Shown: one piece after another, positions 1-9,534 of the stretch
Layout: each line of letters starts with the position of its first letter
How positions within the stretch are numbered: position 1 is the stretch's first letter
Origin: an uncultured Clostridia bacterium
GTDB taxonomy: Bacteria > Bacillota > Clostridia > Christensenellales > UBA1242
NCBI GenBank assembly: GCA_944377305.1
Contig: CALWEL010000006.1
Span: 2,642 to 66,641 of the forward strand
Reading direction: 5' to 3'
Length of the DNA: 64,000 nucleotides
Notes under the pieces: generated by a model
Told to the model about the DNA's origin: nothing
Database searches by the model: none
What the model saw: only the letters and a program-made list of their open reading frames with translations
Position numbers and translations under genes: made by a program

Positions 1-199
1 TATAAAAAAATGAATTGCTTTGTTCAGGTCTTTGTTGCAAATAAAAAAATGACGGATATATATTGATTGAATTCCAAATTCAAAATAATTTATTAATAAA
101 TATAATGAAACACTTATAAAAAATTAGGATCTTCGCCTATAAATGCTCTAGACAAAAAAATATAGGCAGACAATTTGCTCCTATTCCTCCACAATTATT

Positions 200-1285
200 T
201 TACAATAAAATAAGTTTGTCATTTTCAATTTTGATTCGTTTATCCACTAATTTTTCAAAGAATCTAATATTCCTATCTGCTGGCATAATAGCAAACAGAG
301 ATATCGTTCCTGCATTTCTTCCACATTTTGTAAGCGACAATAAATTCTTGGTCAAGACCAAATCAGTTGAATCAATTCCTGACAAGGAGAGCACATCATC
401 CACCGCTATCAACACATTTTCGCCTTGCTCAAACAAATGTTTTGCACGTTCAATTGCAATGACAATCAGCCTCTTCGCACTATCCATTTCTGCAGTTATA
501 CTAGAAATAAATAATTCTGCATTCTTCAACTTTTTCAAAAAATATTTATTCTTTTCCGCTATTGAAACATTGATATATATCTTTTTTTGAATTTGAGAAG
601 AATTAATTAAATCAATGATGATCTCAGTATTTTCTTTATTGTCCGATCCATACAAATACACACTCTCGCCTAATTTTATGTCGAATATATTATATTTTTC
701 TTGATCAAATATTAATGAATGTTTCGGTTCCACGTGCTCAACTTCATAATAATTTTTCCTAACTCGATTATATTTCATTATAGGAATATCATTGATATTA
801 AACACTGATTTCACTATCATCTGATTCTCAGCAGAAGAAACTTCTACTAATAATTTGTCTCCCGTCTTTATCCCATATTTTTCCACTAAATTTTCAGATA
901 TGAAATATTTTGAATAATTTTCATCTCTTCTATTCCATAAAAAAGCAGTGTTATTATTCAATAATTCCACATATCCTGAAATTGTCTTGATATCGTCAGA
1001 TAGATCATCAGAATTTTTTTGATTGAATGTATATGTCTTCGTCTCTTGCGCAAAATTCATATAAGATTTTGGCATCAAAATATCAGCGAACGAATATCCT
1101 ATATCTTTAGGTGGCCTCCCTTGCTTTGTTTTGGCAATGTGAGGCTGTTTCTTCCCTTCGCTAATATCAATAATTTCTCTAATTAATTCGCCCTTCTTCT
1201 TGCTCGTTGGAGCATACACACCAGTACGTCTAGCAAGCTCTCTAAGTGCAAATATACTAAGTTCATTTAATTGTTGTTCTGTCAT
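200..1285 (-). CDS. Rho-like protein (Rho N-terminal domain, OB-like RNA-binding region, RecA-like domain with degenerate Walker A)
   Basis: 361-aa ORF. LNELSIFALRELARRTGV..KKKGELIREI resembles Rho_N. ISGYVELL..AFLW..GIKTGDKL resembles the Rho OB domain. ERAKHLFEQGENVLIAVDDVLSLS aligns with the Rho Walker B region. The P-loop position reads YGSDNKENT instead of PPKAGKT. Confidence 0.6.
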   Translation of the reverse strand: MTEQQLNELSIFALRELARRTGVYAPTSKKKGELIREIIDISEGKKQPHIAKTKQGRPPKDIGYSFADILMPKSYMNFAQETKTYTFNQKNSDDLSDDIKTISGYVELLNNNTAFLWNRRDENYSKYFISENLVEKYGIKTGDKLLVEVSSAENQMIVKSVFNINDIPIMKYNRVRKNYYEVEHVEPKHSLIFDQEKYNIFDIKLGESVYLYGSDNKENTEIIIDLINSSQIQKKIYINVSIAEKNKYFLKKLKNAELFISSITAEMDSAKRLIVIAIERAKHLFEQGENVLIAVDDVLSLSGIDSTDLVLTKNLLSLTKCGRNAGTISLFAIMPADRNIRFFEKLVDKRIKIENDKLILL

Positions 1286-1496
1286 CTAAACCTTTTATTA
1301 ACCTATTAGATTATATTGTATATATTATCACAAAAATGATATAAAGTAAAGGAAAATGAAAACAAATTCGACATTATCAAAAATTAATTGTTCGGATTAT
1401 TCGAATTTAATGAAAAAATTTTTAGATTTTTTTGATTTTTGTATATAAAATTATATATAATATCTGGTTAAAATATTTAAAATTCTCTGTTTGAAG

Positions 1497-1841
1497 CTAG
1501 GCAGTTATCCCTAAGCTGATCATAATCGCAATATCAACTTTTTGCATAGTGATATTATCTATCGTGCATACTTTTTCTTTCAATCTTCTCTTGTCTAATG
1601 TCCTTATTTGTTCTAATAAAACCACGCTATCTTTCTCCAACCCGTATTCTTTTCCCAATTCTATATGCGTAGGAAGTTTTGCCTTGCTTAGCTGACTAGT
1701 AATAGCTGCAATGATGACTGTAGGGCTATATCTATTGCCGACATCATTTTGCACGACCAAAACTGGACGTACTCCGCCCTGCTCGCTTCCGACAACCGGA
1801 CTTAGATCAGCATAATAAACATCTCCCCGATTAACTTCCAT
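1497..1841 (-). CDS. mazF: Type II toxin, MazF/PemK (EndoA-like) endoribonuclease
   Basis: 114 aa. [29 protein letters not shown]...[10 protein letters not shown] is the typical MazF/PemK signature. The start overlaps the stop of the upstream ORF at 1841. Confidence 0.85.
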   Translation of the reverse strand: MEVNRGDVYYADLSPVVGSEQGGVRPVLVVQNDVGNRYSPTVIIAAITSQLSKAKLPTHIELGKEYGLEKDSVVLLEQIRTLDKRRLKEKVCTIDNITMQKVDIAIMISLGITA

Positions 1842-2032
1842 TACTCTCCTTTCAAATGTCGCAATGTAAGATCATAATCATCTATATTTTCAAAGTCGTG
1901 TATGATCTCATAAATTGCTGTGAGGTATTCATTGTCAGTATATGCTGAAACATCTATTCTTGGCATTAATGGTCTTTTGATCTCTTCCAACTTTGACAAA
2001 TATTCAATATATGCGATGACCTCTTCGTTCAT
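1841..2032 (-). CDS. Putative cognate antitoxin of MazF (no recognisable MazE/RHH signature)
   Basis: 63-aa acidic ORF with a strong SD (AAAGGAG) upstream of its ATG. It is translationally coupled to mazF. Confidence 0.4.
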   Translation of the reverse strand: MNEEVIAYIEYLSKLEEIKRPLMPRIDVSAYTDNEYLTAIYEIIHDFENIDDYDLTLRHLKGE

Positions 2033-2054
2033 ATAATCTCCTTTTATTTGAAAG

Positions 2055-2495
2055 TTAAACCTTGCTAAGTAGTTTTTTTAGTTTTTCGTAAAAATCTTCT
2101 TGCATTTTTAAAAATTCTACAACCAATTGATTAATGTTTTCATCCTTTGCGATGATATCATTTTTTGCTTTTATACAATCTATAATCCCCATCACCGTGC
2201 CTGTTATCATCATCTCTACAATATGTCTATTTGATTTATCTGTCCACAACGAAAAATATATCATTGCAGTTTGTTTAAACTTTTTGAATGTGCTATTGTC
2301 CTTTATTTCTTCATCTGCATTCATTGCAATCGTGTCACATCTATCCGCAAATTTTGAATATTCCTCAAATTGTTTTCTAAGTAATTTATTTAAATTTTCA
2401 TTGGTTGACTTTTTCAATACTTTATCAATAGACTGCATTCCTATTCTTGCATCTTGATAAATTCTATTGAGCAAATCTAAATCTTGTTTTTCCAT
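2055..2495 (-). CDS. Hypothetical helical (four-helix-bundle-like) protein
   Basis: I placed the start at MEKQDL because GGAGGAG lies just upstream. The track start at 2540 is a TTG with no SD. I recognise no family. Confidence 0.5.
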   Translation of the reverse strand: MEKQDLDLLNRIYQDARIGMQSIDKVLKKSTNENLNKLLRKQFEEYSKFADRCDTIAMNADEEIKDNSTFKKFKQTAMIYFSLWTDKSNRHIVEMMITGTVMGIIDCIKAKNDIIAKDENINQLVVEFLKMQEDFYEKLKKLLSKV

Positions 2496-2673
2496 ATCTC
2501 CTCCAGAGTTAGTATCCTCTGTAATTTTGGATTTATACAAAAATTGATACTCAAAAAAAATATAAAAACTTTTTCAGACGAAAAGATAAAGATTCATTAA
2601 TCTGTTTTATTTTTCATCAATTCAAAAAATTTTTGAAAAAAATCGAGTTTCCTCGATCCTTTATGTTGAATTT

Positions 2674-3690
2674 CTAAATAAAATTTAATGAATATCCTAA
2701 TATCAAGCTAGGTATGATTAACATAGCAATAATAAAAATGTTTTCTTTCCAATTTTTGTTTTGTTTAAACAATATAATTAATCCTAACCCTGCATTCACA
2801 CATAACCCAGCCACCAGCGCTCCAAATGATAGTCCTCCCATCAAGAATAGTTGTGTCAACACCACACTTGATGCACAATTTGGTATTAGCCCAATCAATA
2901 CCGCAAGCAAAGGTTGCAAGAATATGCTTTGTGTCAAAAAGTCGGTGAGAGCTTCTTCTCCTATCCATATATGAGTGATGCAACCGAAAATTATATTAAT
3001 TATTAAAATAAATGCACTTATTTTCAAGCAATGCAATAGCGGATGCAACCAATCAAACGATTTGCTCCTAACGTGATGATGACAACATCCACCGTGAGGT
3101 TCTTGCACTATTGTTTTTTCTAGCGAATCATCTGAATGAACATCCTCATTATGAATATGACCATCTTGATCTAAATGATTGTCATTTGATATAGAATTAG
3201 GATTTGTTTTTTCTTCGTGTTCTTTTGGCAAATCAGAGTCCTGTGCTTGATCGGCATCTCCATTTACTATTCCCTTGGATCTTTTGAATATCAAGTTGTA
3301 CAACCATATTGATAAGTAGCCCACGATTATAGCAAATGCTATTTTCACTCCAATCAGCGCCAATAACCAAGGAATGCTATTCGGCTCAGATATCATTAAT
3401 GGAATAGCCTCATCACTAGTTGCGATGTATACTGCCAACAAAGCTCCAATGGACACTGTACGTTTTGTATATAAATCTGTGGTCACTACTGAAAATCCAC
3501 ACTGAGGAACACATCCTATCACAGCACCTATTACTGGACTTGCCTTGCCTTTCAACAATTTGTTGTTTTGAAATTTTATAGCATATTTAAATTCAATAAG
3601 TTCGATCAAATAGTATACCACAAAAAGAATCGGCAATAATTTTGCCGTATCTATTAATGCTTCTAATATCACGTGCCAATATTCTTCCAT
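2674..3690 (-). CDS. Multi-pass membrane permease, ArsP_2-like (putative 10-TM metal exporter) with a His/Cys-rich loop
   Basis: GCVPQCGFS and IPNCASS motifs lie in TM segments. The central loop contains HGGCCHHHV. The start was chosen at MEEYWH because AGGAG precedes it. Confidence 0.55.
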   Translation of the reverse strand: MEEYWHVILEALIDTAKLLPILFVVYYLIELIEFKYAIKFQNNKLLKGKASPVIGAVIGCVPQCGFSVVTTDLYTKRTVSIGALLAVYIATSDEAIPLMISEPNSIPWLLALIGVKIAFAIIVGYLSIWLYNLIFKRSKGIVNGDADQAQDSDLPKEHEEKTNPNSISNDNHLDQDGHIHNEDVHSDDSLEKTIVQEPHGGCCHHHVRSKSFDWLHPLLHCLKISAFILIINIIFGCITHIWIGEEALTDFLTQSIFLQPLLAVLIGLIPNCASSVVLTQLFLMGGLSFGALVAGLCVNAGLGLIILFKQNKNWKENIFIIAMLIIPSLILGYSLNFI

Positions 3691-3875
3691 AATTCTCCTA
3701 AATATGAAAATTATTGTGAATAAAAATTCTTGCTCTAGCAAGAATTTTAACCTATAAATCCACACTGATAGCAAACGCTAAACACGACTACCAGAACGAT
3801 AAATAGCAAAACGATTTTCAAAATTTTCATAGATTTATTATACACTAAAAGGCAAATAAATGCAAGCCTTTTCTA

Positions 3876-4382
3876 TCAAATAAAACGACAACAGAAGCAC
3901 GCTATTATCGCACAAGCAACATTACAAATCAATGCTATAGGAATTGTAAGTAAAGTTTTCTTTACGCTAGTGGACGCAAAATAAATACTACTGACATAAA
4001 ATATCGTATCACTGCTACCCATAATCACGCTAGCACATTTACCTATATAGCTATCCACTCCATAAGTCGAAAATATATCTCGCAAAAGCACGTACGCCGC
4101 GTTTGAACTAAAAGGTCGAATCAAAGTCAATTCGCACACTTCTGGTGGAATACCGATCGCCCGAAATAATGGAGAAAGAAAATTGCATAAATATGCACTT
4201 AGGCCGCTATTTCTAAAGAGTTCTACAGCAACGAACATTGCAATAATATACGGCATTAAAGATGCCATAAGCGGAAGTGCTCCCTTTGCTCCATTTACAA
4301 ATGCCGAATAAGCGTCCACCCCTTTTATAAGAGCAAAAATCATAATAAACGCTATTAAAATAGGAATAAAAAGATCAGCCAT
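3876..4382 (-). CDS. spmB: Spore maturation protein B-like (nucleoside-recognition/Gate domain membrane protein)
   Basis: 168-aa membrane ORF that overlaps the upstream spmA-like ORF by 8 nt. This is the typical spmA-spmB pairing. Confidence 0.7.
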   Translation of the reverse strand: MADLFIPILIAFIMIFALIKGVDAYSAFVNGAKGALPLMASLMPYIIAMFVAVELFRNSGLSAYLCNFLSPLFRAIGIPPEVCELTLIRPFSSNAAYVLLRDIFSTYGVDSYIGKCASVIMGSSDTIFYVSSIYFASTSVKKTLLTIPIALICNVACAIIACFCCRFI

Positions 4383-4941
4383 TTTTCTTCCGCCTTCTAT
4401 AGATCACTGCTACTAACAATATCCCTAAAATCGTGGGTAAGAAAGTAGAGACAATAGTTGGCCAAAGAATGCAACTTGGGCTAATACTTCCAGCCATTGC
4501 ACGCATACCAATTACCGTAGTGGGTAATAATTGAATACCTGTAGAATTGATCACGACAAGCATTATCATAGCGCGAGTAGCACGCTTGTCCCCTTTGTCT
4601 AACCCTTGCATTGCTTTTATACCATACGGAGTGGCAGCACTGCCGATGCCTATGATATTTGAAGCAATATTGAGGCATATATTCTTTTCAGTCTCAGCAT
4701 CCGTTTTGCCAAAAATGTATTGAACTGGTCGTGATAAAATTTTGGATAGTTTGTGACTGAGTTTGCAATCATCCATCACCTGCATTATACCCATCCATAC
4801 CGCATAGATACCTATGAATTCTATGCACATTGTGACTCCCATCTTTGCTGCTTCCATCATAGTTCCCACGACTTCGGTCGGAGAAAAAACAGCTAATGCA
4901 CATAGACTGGATATTATCATCACTATCCATATTTTACTCAT
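4375..4941 (-). CDS. spmA: Spore maturation protein A-like (nucleoside-recognition/Gate domain membrane protein)
   Basis: Membrane ORF with GIGSAATPYGIKAMQGL, a SpmA-like motif. The start was chosen at MSKIWIVM; the track start lies in low-complexity upstream sequence. Confidence 0.7.
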   Translation of the reverse strand: MSKIWIVMIISSLCALAVFSPTEVVGTMMEAAKMGVTMCIEFIGIYAVWMGIMQVMDDCKLSHKLSKILSRPVQYIFGKTDAETEKNICLNIASNIIGIGSAATPYGIKAMQGLDKGDKRATRAMIMLVVINSTGIQLLPTTVIGMRAMAGSISPSCILWPTIVSTFLPTILGILLVAVIYRRRKKNG

Positions 4942-5131
4942 AAAATAATCTATGCTAAAATTAAAAAATAATAACTCAACTTGTACATAAAAAAATAGTT
5001 TATCTATTAGAAAATTTTTAACTACCAATCAATTATTTGTTTTTATTTTTATCACAAATTAAAATTATTTATATTGATCAAAATGAATCTTATTGTGAAA
5101 CTAATAAACTATATAATTTTTCAATTTTTTA

Positions 5132-5157
5132 TGAAAAAATCCACAAAATTGTGGATT
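5132..5157 (-). terminator. Intrinsic terminator of the TasA-like gene
   Basis: AATCCAC..GTGGATT hairpin overlaps the stop codon and is followed by a T-run on the minus strand. Confidence 0.6.
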
Positions 5158-5857
5158 AAATATTGATTTTCCCTTCATACGCCTTATATATTGCACTCAT
5201 AATCTCTTGACATCTATCGTCTAGACTGTCTTCGCTTGAAAAATTGAAAGTACCAGCACCAATTGCAAAAGCTTGAAACAAAAAACTTATTTGCATATTT
5301 TGAAATTCATTACCCCAACTACTAGGTATTGATAAGGCATTCTCCTCAATGACTGTAATATACTCATTTGTTTCAGTGGCAAGTCGTGCTGTCTTGGTAA
5401 TTAAACACCTATATCTCACCTCTTCACAATCCCCATTGGATGTTACAAACAAATAATCATACCAAATGCTATCCTCATCCAAGCCAATGTTGATCAATGG
5501 CTTCGTATCGTCATAATTTTCTAGAGGCTCCCCTGTATCAATATCAGAGGCATTAACCTTGTATATTATAGAGAGATAGATAGGCGTGTTAGATTCATTG
5601 ACCACTATCAACGGAGTGTTCTCTAGAGGTTGACCAGGTACAAATACACCATTAGACACCAAAATTTCACTCGAAGCGCTCGCTCCTTCTCCTGCTTGCA
5701 AACTGATATTAAGATTCGCCATCACGATTCTTCCTGATACTTTACTAGTAGTAGTACTATAATAGGCATATACTCCACCAAAACAAGCAGTCAATAACAA
5801 TAATATAGATAATATAATAATAGCGATTGTTTGTCCGCTTAATCGTTTTTTTACCAT
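5156..5857 (-). CDS. TasA/camelysin-like secreted protein with a SipW-dependent-type signal peptide
   Basis: N-terminus KKRLS..hydrophobic..FGGVYAYYSTTT, then G-x-I/L and VPGQ. This matches the SipW-cognate signal peptide pattern (GGTxAxF/Y) of the TasA/CalY family. Confidence 0.65.
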   Translation of the reverse strand: MVKKRLSGQTIAIIILSILLLLTACFGGVYAYYSTTTSKVSGRIVMANLNISLQAGEGASASSEILVSNGVFVPGQPLENTPLIVVNESNTPIYLSIIYKVNASDIDTGEPLENYDDTKPLINIGLDEDSIWYDYLFVTSNGDCEEVRYRCLITKTARLATETNEYITVIEENALSIPSSWGNEFQNMQISFLFQAFAIGAGTFNFSSEDSLDDRCQEIMSAIYKAYEGKINI

Positions 5858-6054
5858 ATATACCCCTGTTCAGTAATAATTGTATATAATTATGCCTTAA
5901 TTGTCAAATAAAACTAAAAAAATTTAATAAATATTACTTCAATATTAAATTTGGTAATTATTCAATTTTTTCATCAATTTATGCTTCATTTAATTTATGA
6001 TATAATTAATGTATAGATTATTCTAAATATAATTTGTAGTAAAATTTCATCATA

Positions 6055-6099
6055 ATTTTGTACAAAATATTTGATTTTTGTAAAATAATGTTTTATAAT
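6055..6099 (+). promoter_or_regulatory. GTAC-palindrome operator module plus promoter (TTGATT-17-TATAAT)
   Basis: Perfect palindrome ATTTTGTACAAAAT at 6055-6068. -35 TTGATT at 6071-6076. Degenerate second box ATTTTTGTAAAAT lies in the spacer. -10 TATAAT at 6094-6099. ATG at 6106, 6 nt after the -10. Confidence 0.5.
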
Positions 6100-6105
6100 T
6101 TTTTT

Positions 6106-6465
6106 ATGCTAAGTGATTTTACCAAAATGCCTATTGATTTGCTTACCAATAAAGTAAAAGTTTGCATTTCAACTTTAGGAATGAATGAAAGATACAACTC
6201 ATTTGAATATTTGACTATGATCCTTGTATATATGTTGAAAAATGATACAGATAGTATCGAAGCTTTTCGCACCGCACTATCGCTTGTAGAAAAAAGATTT
6301 AATATAGGTGAGCGCACAATATGTTATGGAATCAATAAATTATTCAAAATGTGCAACACAGACCTAATAAAATCACGTGTACAATACCAACTTTCAAACA
6401 ACAGTACATTAAACAAAATCAGAGTGATCAAAGCATATATTTTGACCACTAAGCAATATCATTAA
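6106..6465 (+). CDS. Stand-alone Spo0A C-terminal (DNA-binding) domain-like protein
   Basis: ISTLGMNERYNSFEYLTMIL...VEKRFNIGERTICYGINKLF resembles the Spo0A_C helix pattern (IGVP.H.KGY.YL; ..RVERAIRHAI). The start is uncertain (6088, 6106 or 6127); 6106 fits a leaderless transcript. Confidence 0.55.
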   Translation: MLSDFTKMPIDLLTNKVKVCISTLGMNERYNSFEYLTMILVYMLKNDTDSIEAFRTALSLVEKRFNIGERTICYGINKLFKMCNTDLIKSRVQYQLSNNSTLNKIRVIKAYILTTKQYH

Positions 6466-6811
6466 CTAAATAATTTTTAATTATATATATAAATTCGCAA
6501 CAGCTAGGTTTTTCATCCCTTAGCCAAAATTTTGCGAGTTTATTTTTTAATCTATAATCCCACAAAACATTGATAATATTGCGTATGTCTCGTTCAATAG
6601 TACAATCATTTTTATTATATTTTTTTGCAAGCATTGGATACACTTCACGCGAAAAAGATCGTACCACTTTTGATTCATTTATCAATTGATCCAAAATATC
6701 TACCAGAAAATAATACCCCGTATACTGTTCGGTAATTCCTAATTCTCTCATTTTGCCCATAACATAATAATTGTGTACCACAATATCCTCATATTTTATT
6801 GTTTTTTTCAT
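6449..6811 (-). CDS. Stand-alone Spo0A C-terminal (DNA-binding) domain-like protein
   Basis: 120 aa. LGITEQYTGYYFLVDIL...VYPMLAKKYNKNDCTIERDIRNIINVLW...EKPSCCEFIYIIKNYL parallels B. subtilis Spo0A_C. SD is AGGGGAG. The 3' end overlaps the convergent paralogue by 17 nt. Confidence 0.7.
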   Translation of the reverse strand: MKKTIKYEDIVVHNYYVMGKMRELGITEQYTGYYFLVDILDQLINESKVVRSFSREVYPMLAKKYNKNDCTIERDIRNIINVLWDYRLKNKLAKFWLRDEKPSCCEFIYIIKNYLVNDIA

Positions 6812-6843
6812 TTTACTCCCCTTGCTTTTGCCCGTACTTACTT

Positions 6844-6910
6844 AAAATATCACTATTTCTTCTTCAAGTCAAATATTTTTGTACAAAAATAAAGGATTTT
6901 GTACAAAAAT
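6844..6910 (-). promoter_or_regulatory. Two GTAC-palindrome boxes upstream of a TTGACT-17-TATTTT promoter
   Basis: ATTTTTGTACAAAAAT (6875-6890, perfect 16-nt palindrome) and ATTTTGTACAAAAAT (6896-6910), centres 20 bp apart. -35 TTGACT at 6872..6867 and -10 TATTTT at 6849..6844, minus strand. Confidence 0.5.
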
Positions 6911-7004
6911 ATTTAATAATGTTAATTTAATAAAAAATCTCTCATTATGATATGAATTGGTACATACAAATGAGAGAACATATTGATTTTTATTAAACTT
7001 ATAA

Positions 7005-9158
7005 TTAATCTATTCCTTTCATTGTAAGAGATATACGTTTTTTCTGCAAGTCGACTGAAAGGACTTTTACTTTTACTTTTTGACCAACGGTCAACACCTC
7101 GCTAGGATGAGAAATGTATGAATTGCTGATTTGAGAGATGTGAACCAAGCCATCTTGATGGACTCCGATATCTACGAATGCTCCGAAATCAATGACATTT
7201 CTAACCACTCCATCTAGAACCATATCTGGCTTCAGGTCTTCCATAGATAAAATATCACTTCTAAGTTCTGGAAGAGGCATATTCTCACGAATATCACGAC
7301 CTGGTTTCAATAATTCTGCTACAATATCTTTTAGCGTAGGTACACCGACTCCGATTTCCTCCGCCACCCGACTTTCTCCTTTGTTTTCAATCAGGGATGG
7401 CAAAAGTGTCAATCCACCCTCTTTGATTTGAGAATCGGTGAGATTAAATATTTTCAACAATTTTTCCACAGCCTCATAGCTCTCTGGATGCACAGCGGTG
7501 TTGTCCAAAATATTATCTCCATCCGTAATTCGCAAGAATCCTGCACATTGTTCGTATGCCTTTGGCCCCATTTTCTTCACTTTCATCAATTCATTCCTAT
7601 TGTTGATATGCTTTACTTGCGAGCGATAATCAACAATATTTTCAGCTAAACTGCCTGATATTCCAGACACATACGAAAGCAAGCTGACGGACGCTGTGTT
7701 CAAGTCTACACCAACACTATTGACGCAGTCTTCTACCGTATTGTTGAGCACTTCTGTCAATCTATTTTGTGGCATATCGTGCTGATATTGCCCCACACCT
7801 ATTGACTTCACATCAATTTTGATGAGTTCGGCAAGCGGATCTTGCAATCTTCGCGCAATAGACACCGCGCTACGCAAGTTTACATCATAATCTGGAAATT
7901 CCTTTGCCGCCAACTTTGACGCACTATAAACGGACGCTCCCGCTTCGTTCACCATTGCATAGCTTACTTTCCTTGGACAAGTTTTGATCAAATCTGCCAC
8001 CAATATTTCACTTTCCTTGCTGGCAGTTCCATTGCCTATCGCTATGATATCTACATTGTTTTTCACTATCATATCTGTGAGTTTTTTCTTCGCTTCTTCC
8101 ACCTTGTTTTGTGGCGGAGTAGGATAAACTACTGCCGTATCTAGCACATCACCTTTTTGGTCTATCACCGCAATCTTGCATCCATTGTAATATCCTGGAT
8201 CGTAACCCATAATCACATTATTTTTCAACGGAGCTTGCAACAAAAGTGGTTTCAAATTCAATTCAAACATCTTAATTGCTTGCTCATTTGCCCTATCTGT
8301 CAGCGCCGTCCTACACTCTCGCTCAAGTGATGGGAACAACAATCTATCATAACTATCCAATATGGTTTCATCCATAATTTCATTTGTATATTCGCAAGCC
8401 TTTTTGTATACTTTCTCTATTTCAGTTATGGTGAGTTTTGGATTGATTTCAACACTGACTTTCAAACATTTTTCTTTTTCTCCACGATTGAGTGCTAATA
8501 TCCTATGACTTGGAATTTTCGCCACTTCGCCTGAAAAATCTTTGTAATTTTCATAGGTCTTGTTTTCGTCCGCCGTCTCATCCCAAACAGCTTTGATTTG
8601 CGCTTTCTTTGCAATTATTTCACGCAAAGTTTTCCTTAAATTTGCATCATCACTTATTCGCTCTGCAATAATATCCTTCGCGCCTGCAAGCGCTTCTTCT
8701 GCCGACTTCACGCCCTTTTCTTCGTCAACATATTCACTAGCGTATTCAAGCGCGGGTTTATTGAGATCTTGCGCCATAATGATATCTGCCAATGGCTCCA
8801 ATCCCTTTGCTATAGCAACTGTGGCACGCGTCTTTCTCTTTGGCTTGTATGGTCTATATATATCTTCCACTTCTGTCAGCGTGAGTGCATCGGCTAATGC
8901 CTTTTCAATCTCTGGCGTCCATTTTTCTTGCTCACGGATGACTTTTTCCACTTTTTCTTTTTCTTTGTTCAAATTGCGTAAATAGTTTAACCTATCCGCA
9001 AAATCGCGCAATACCTGATCATCACACGCTCCGTGCATCTCTTTCCTATAGCGCGCGATGAAAGGTATAGTGTTGCCTTCGTCTATCAAATTGATAATGT
9101 TCTCTGCATAGACTTCTTTTAGATTAAATTCGTATGCTAATTGTTTTTGTAATTCCAT
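7005..9158 (-). CDS. tex: Tex-like transcription accessory protein (YqgF/HHH/S1 domains)
   Basis: 717 aa. N-terminal TIPFIARYRKE motif and a C-terminal S1 domain (GVVRNVIDFGAFVDIG). Confidence 0.9.
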   Translation of the reverse strand: MELQKQLAYEFNLKEVYAENIINLIDEGNTIPFIARYRKEMHGACDDQVLRDFADRLNYLRNLNKEKEKVEKVIREQEKWTPEIEKALADALTLTEVEDIYRPYKPKRKTRATVAIAKGLEPLADIIMAQDLNKPALEYASEYVDEEKGVKSAEEALAGAKDIIAERISDDANLRKTLREIIAKKAQIKAVWDETADENKTYENYKDFSGEVAKIPSHRILALNRGEKEKCLKVSVEINPKLTITEIEKVYKKACEYTNEIMDETILDSYDRLLFPSLERECRTALTDRANEQAIKMFELNLKPLLLQAPLKNNVIMGYDPGYYNGCKIAVIDQKGDVLDTAVVYPTPPQNKVEEAKKKLTDMIVKNNVDIIAIGNGTASKESEILVADLIKTCPRKVSYAMVNEAGASVYSASKLAAKEFPDYDVNLRSAVSIARRLQDPLAELIKIDVKSIGVGQYQHDMPQNRLTEVLNNTVEDCVNSVGVDLNTASVSLLSYVSGISGSLAENIVDYRSQVKHINNRNELMKVKKMGPKAYEQCAGFLRITDGDNILDNTAVHPESYEAVEKLLKIFNLTDSQIKEGGLTLLPSLIENKGESRVAEEIGVGVPTLKDIVAELLKPGRDIRENMPLPELRSDILSMEDLKPDMVLDGVVRNVIDFGAFVDIGVHQDGLVHISQISNSYISHPSEVLTVGQKVKVKVLSVDLQKKRISLTMKGID

Positions 9159-9534
9159 AATTTTTCCTTTTAAGTATAAACAAATTAATTATATCAAATT
9201 TTTTTTATTTTTACAAATATTTTTCAAAATTATAAAAATGATTTTACAATTTTTGATAAATAATAGATGAAATTCATATTTTTAATTCGTCTTCATAAAG
9301 CATAATAATTAAATTTTATACATCTATAAACTGTCAAAAATTATATGTTAAAATTAATTTATAAAATCAATTTATTTTTGATATTGCAATAAAAATAATA
9401 GAGAAAATTAAATATTTATCAGCAAAAAATCAGCAAAAAAGATGATTTATATTATAGGTATGAATTTGAAAATGATTTATCACGAAAAGTCAATTGCATT
9501 GTTTAAATAGCACTTTTTATATTAGAATTTAATG

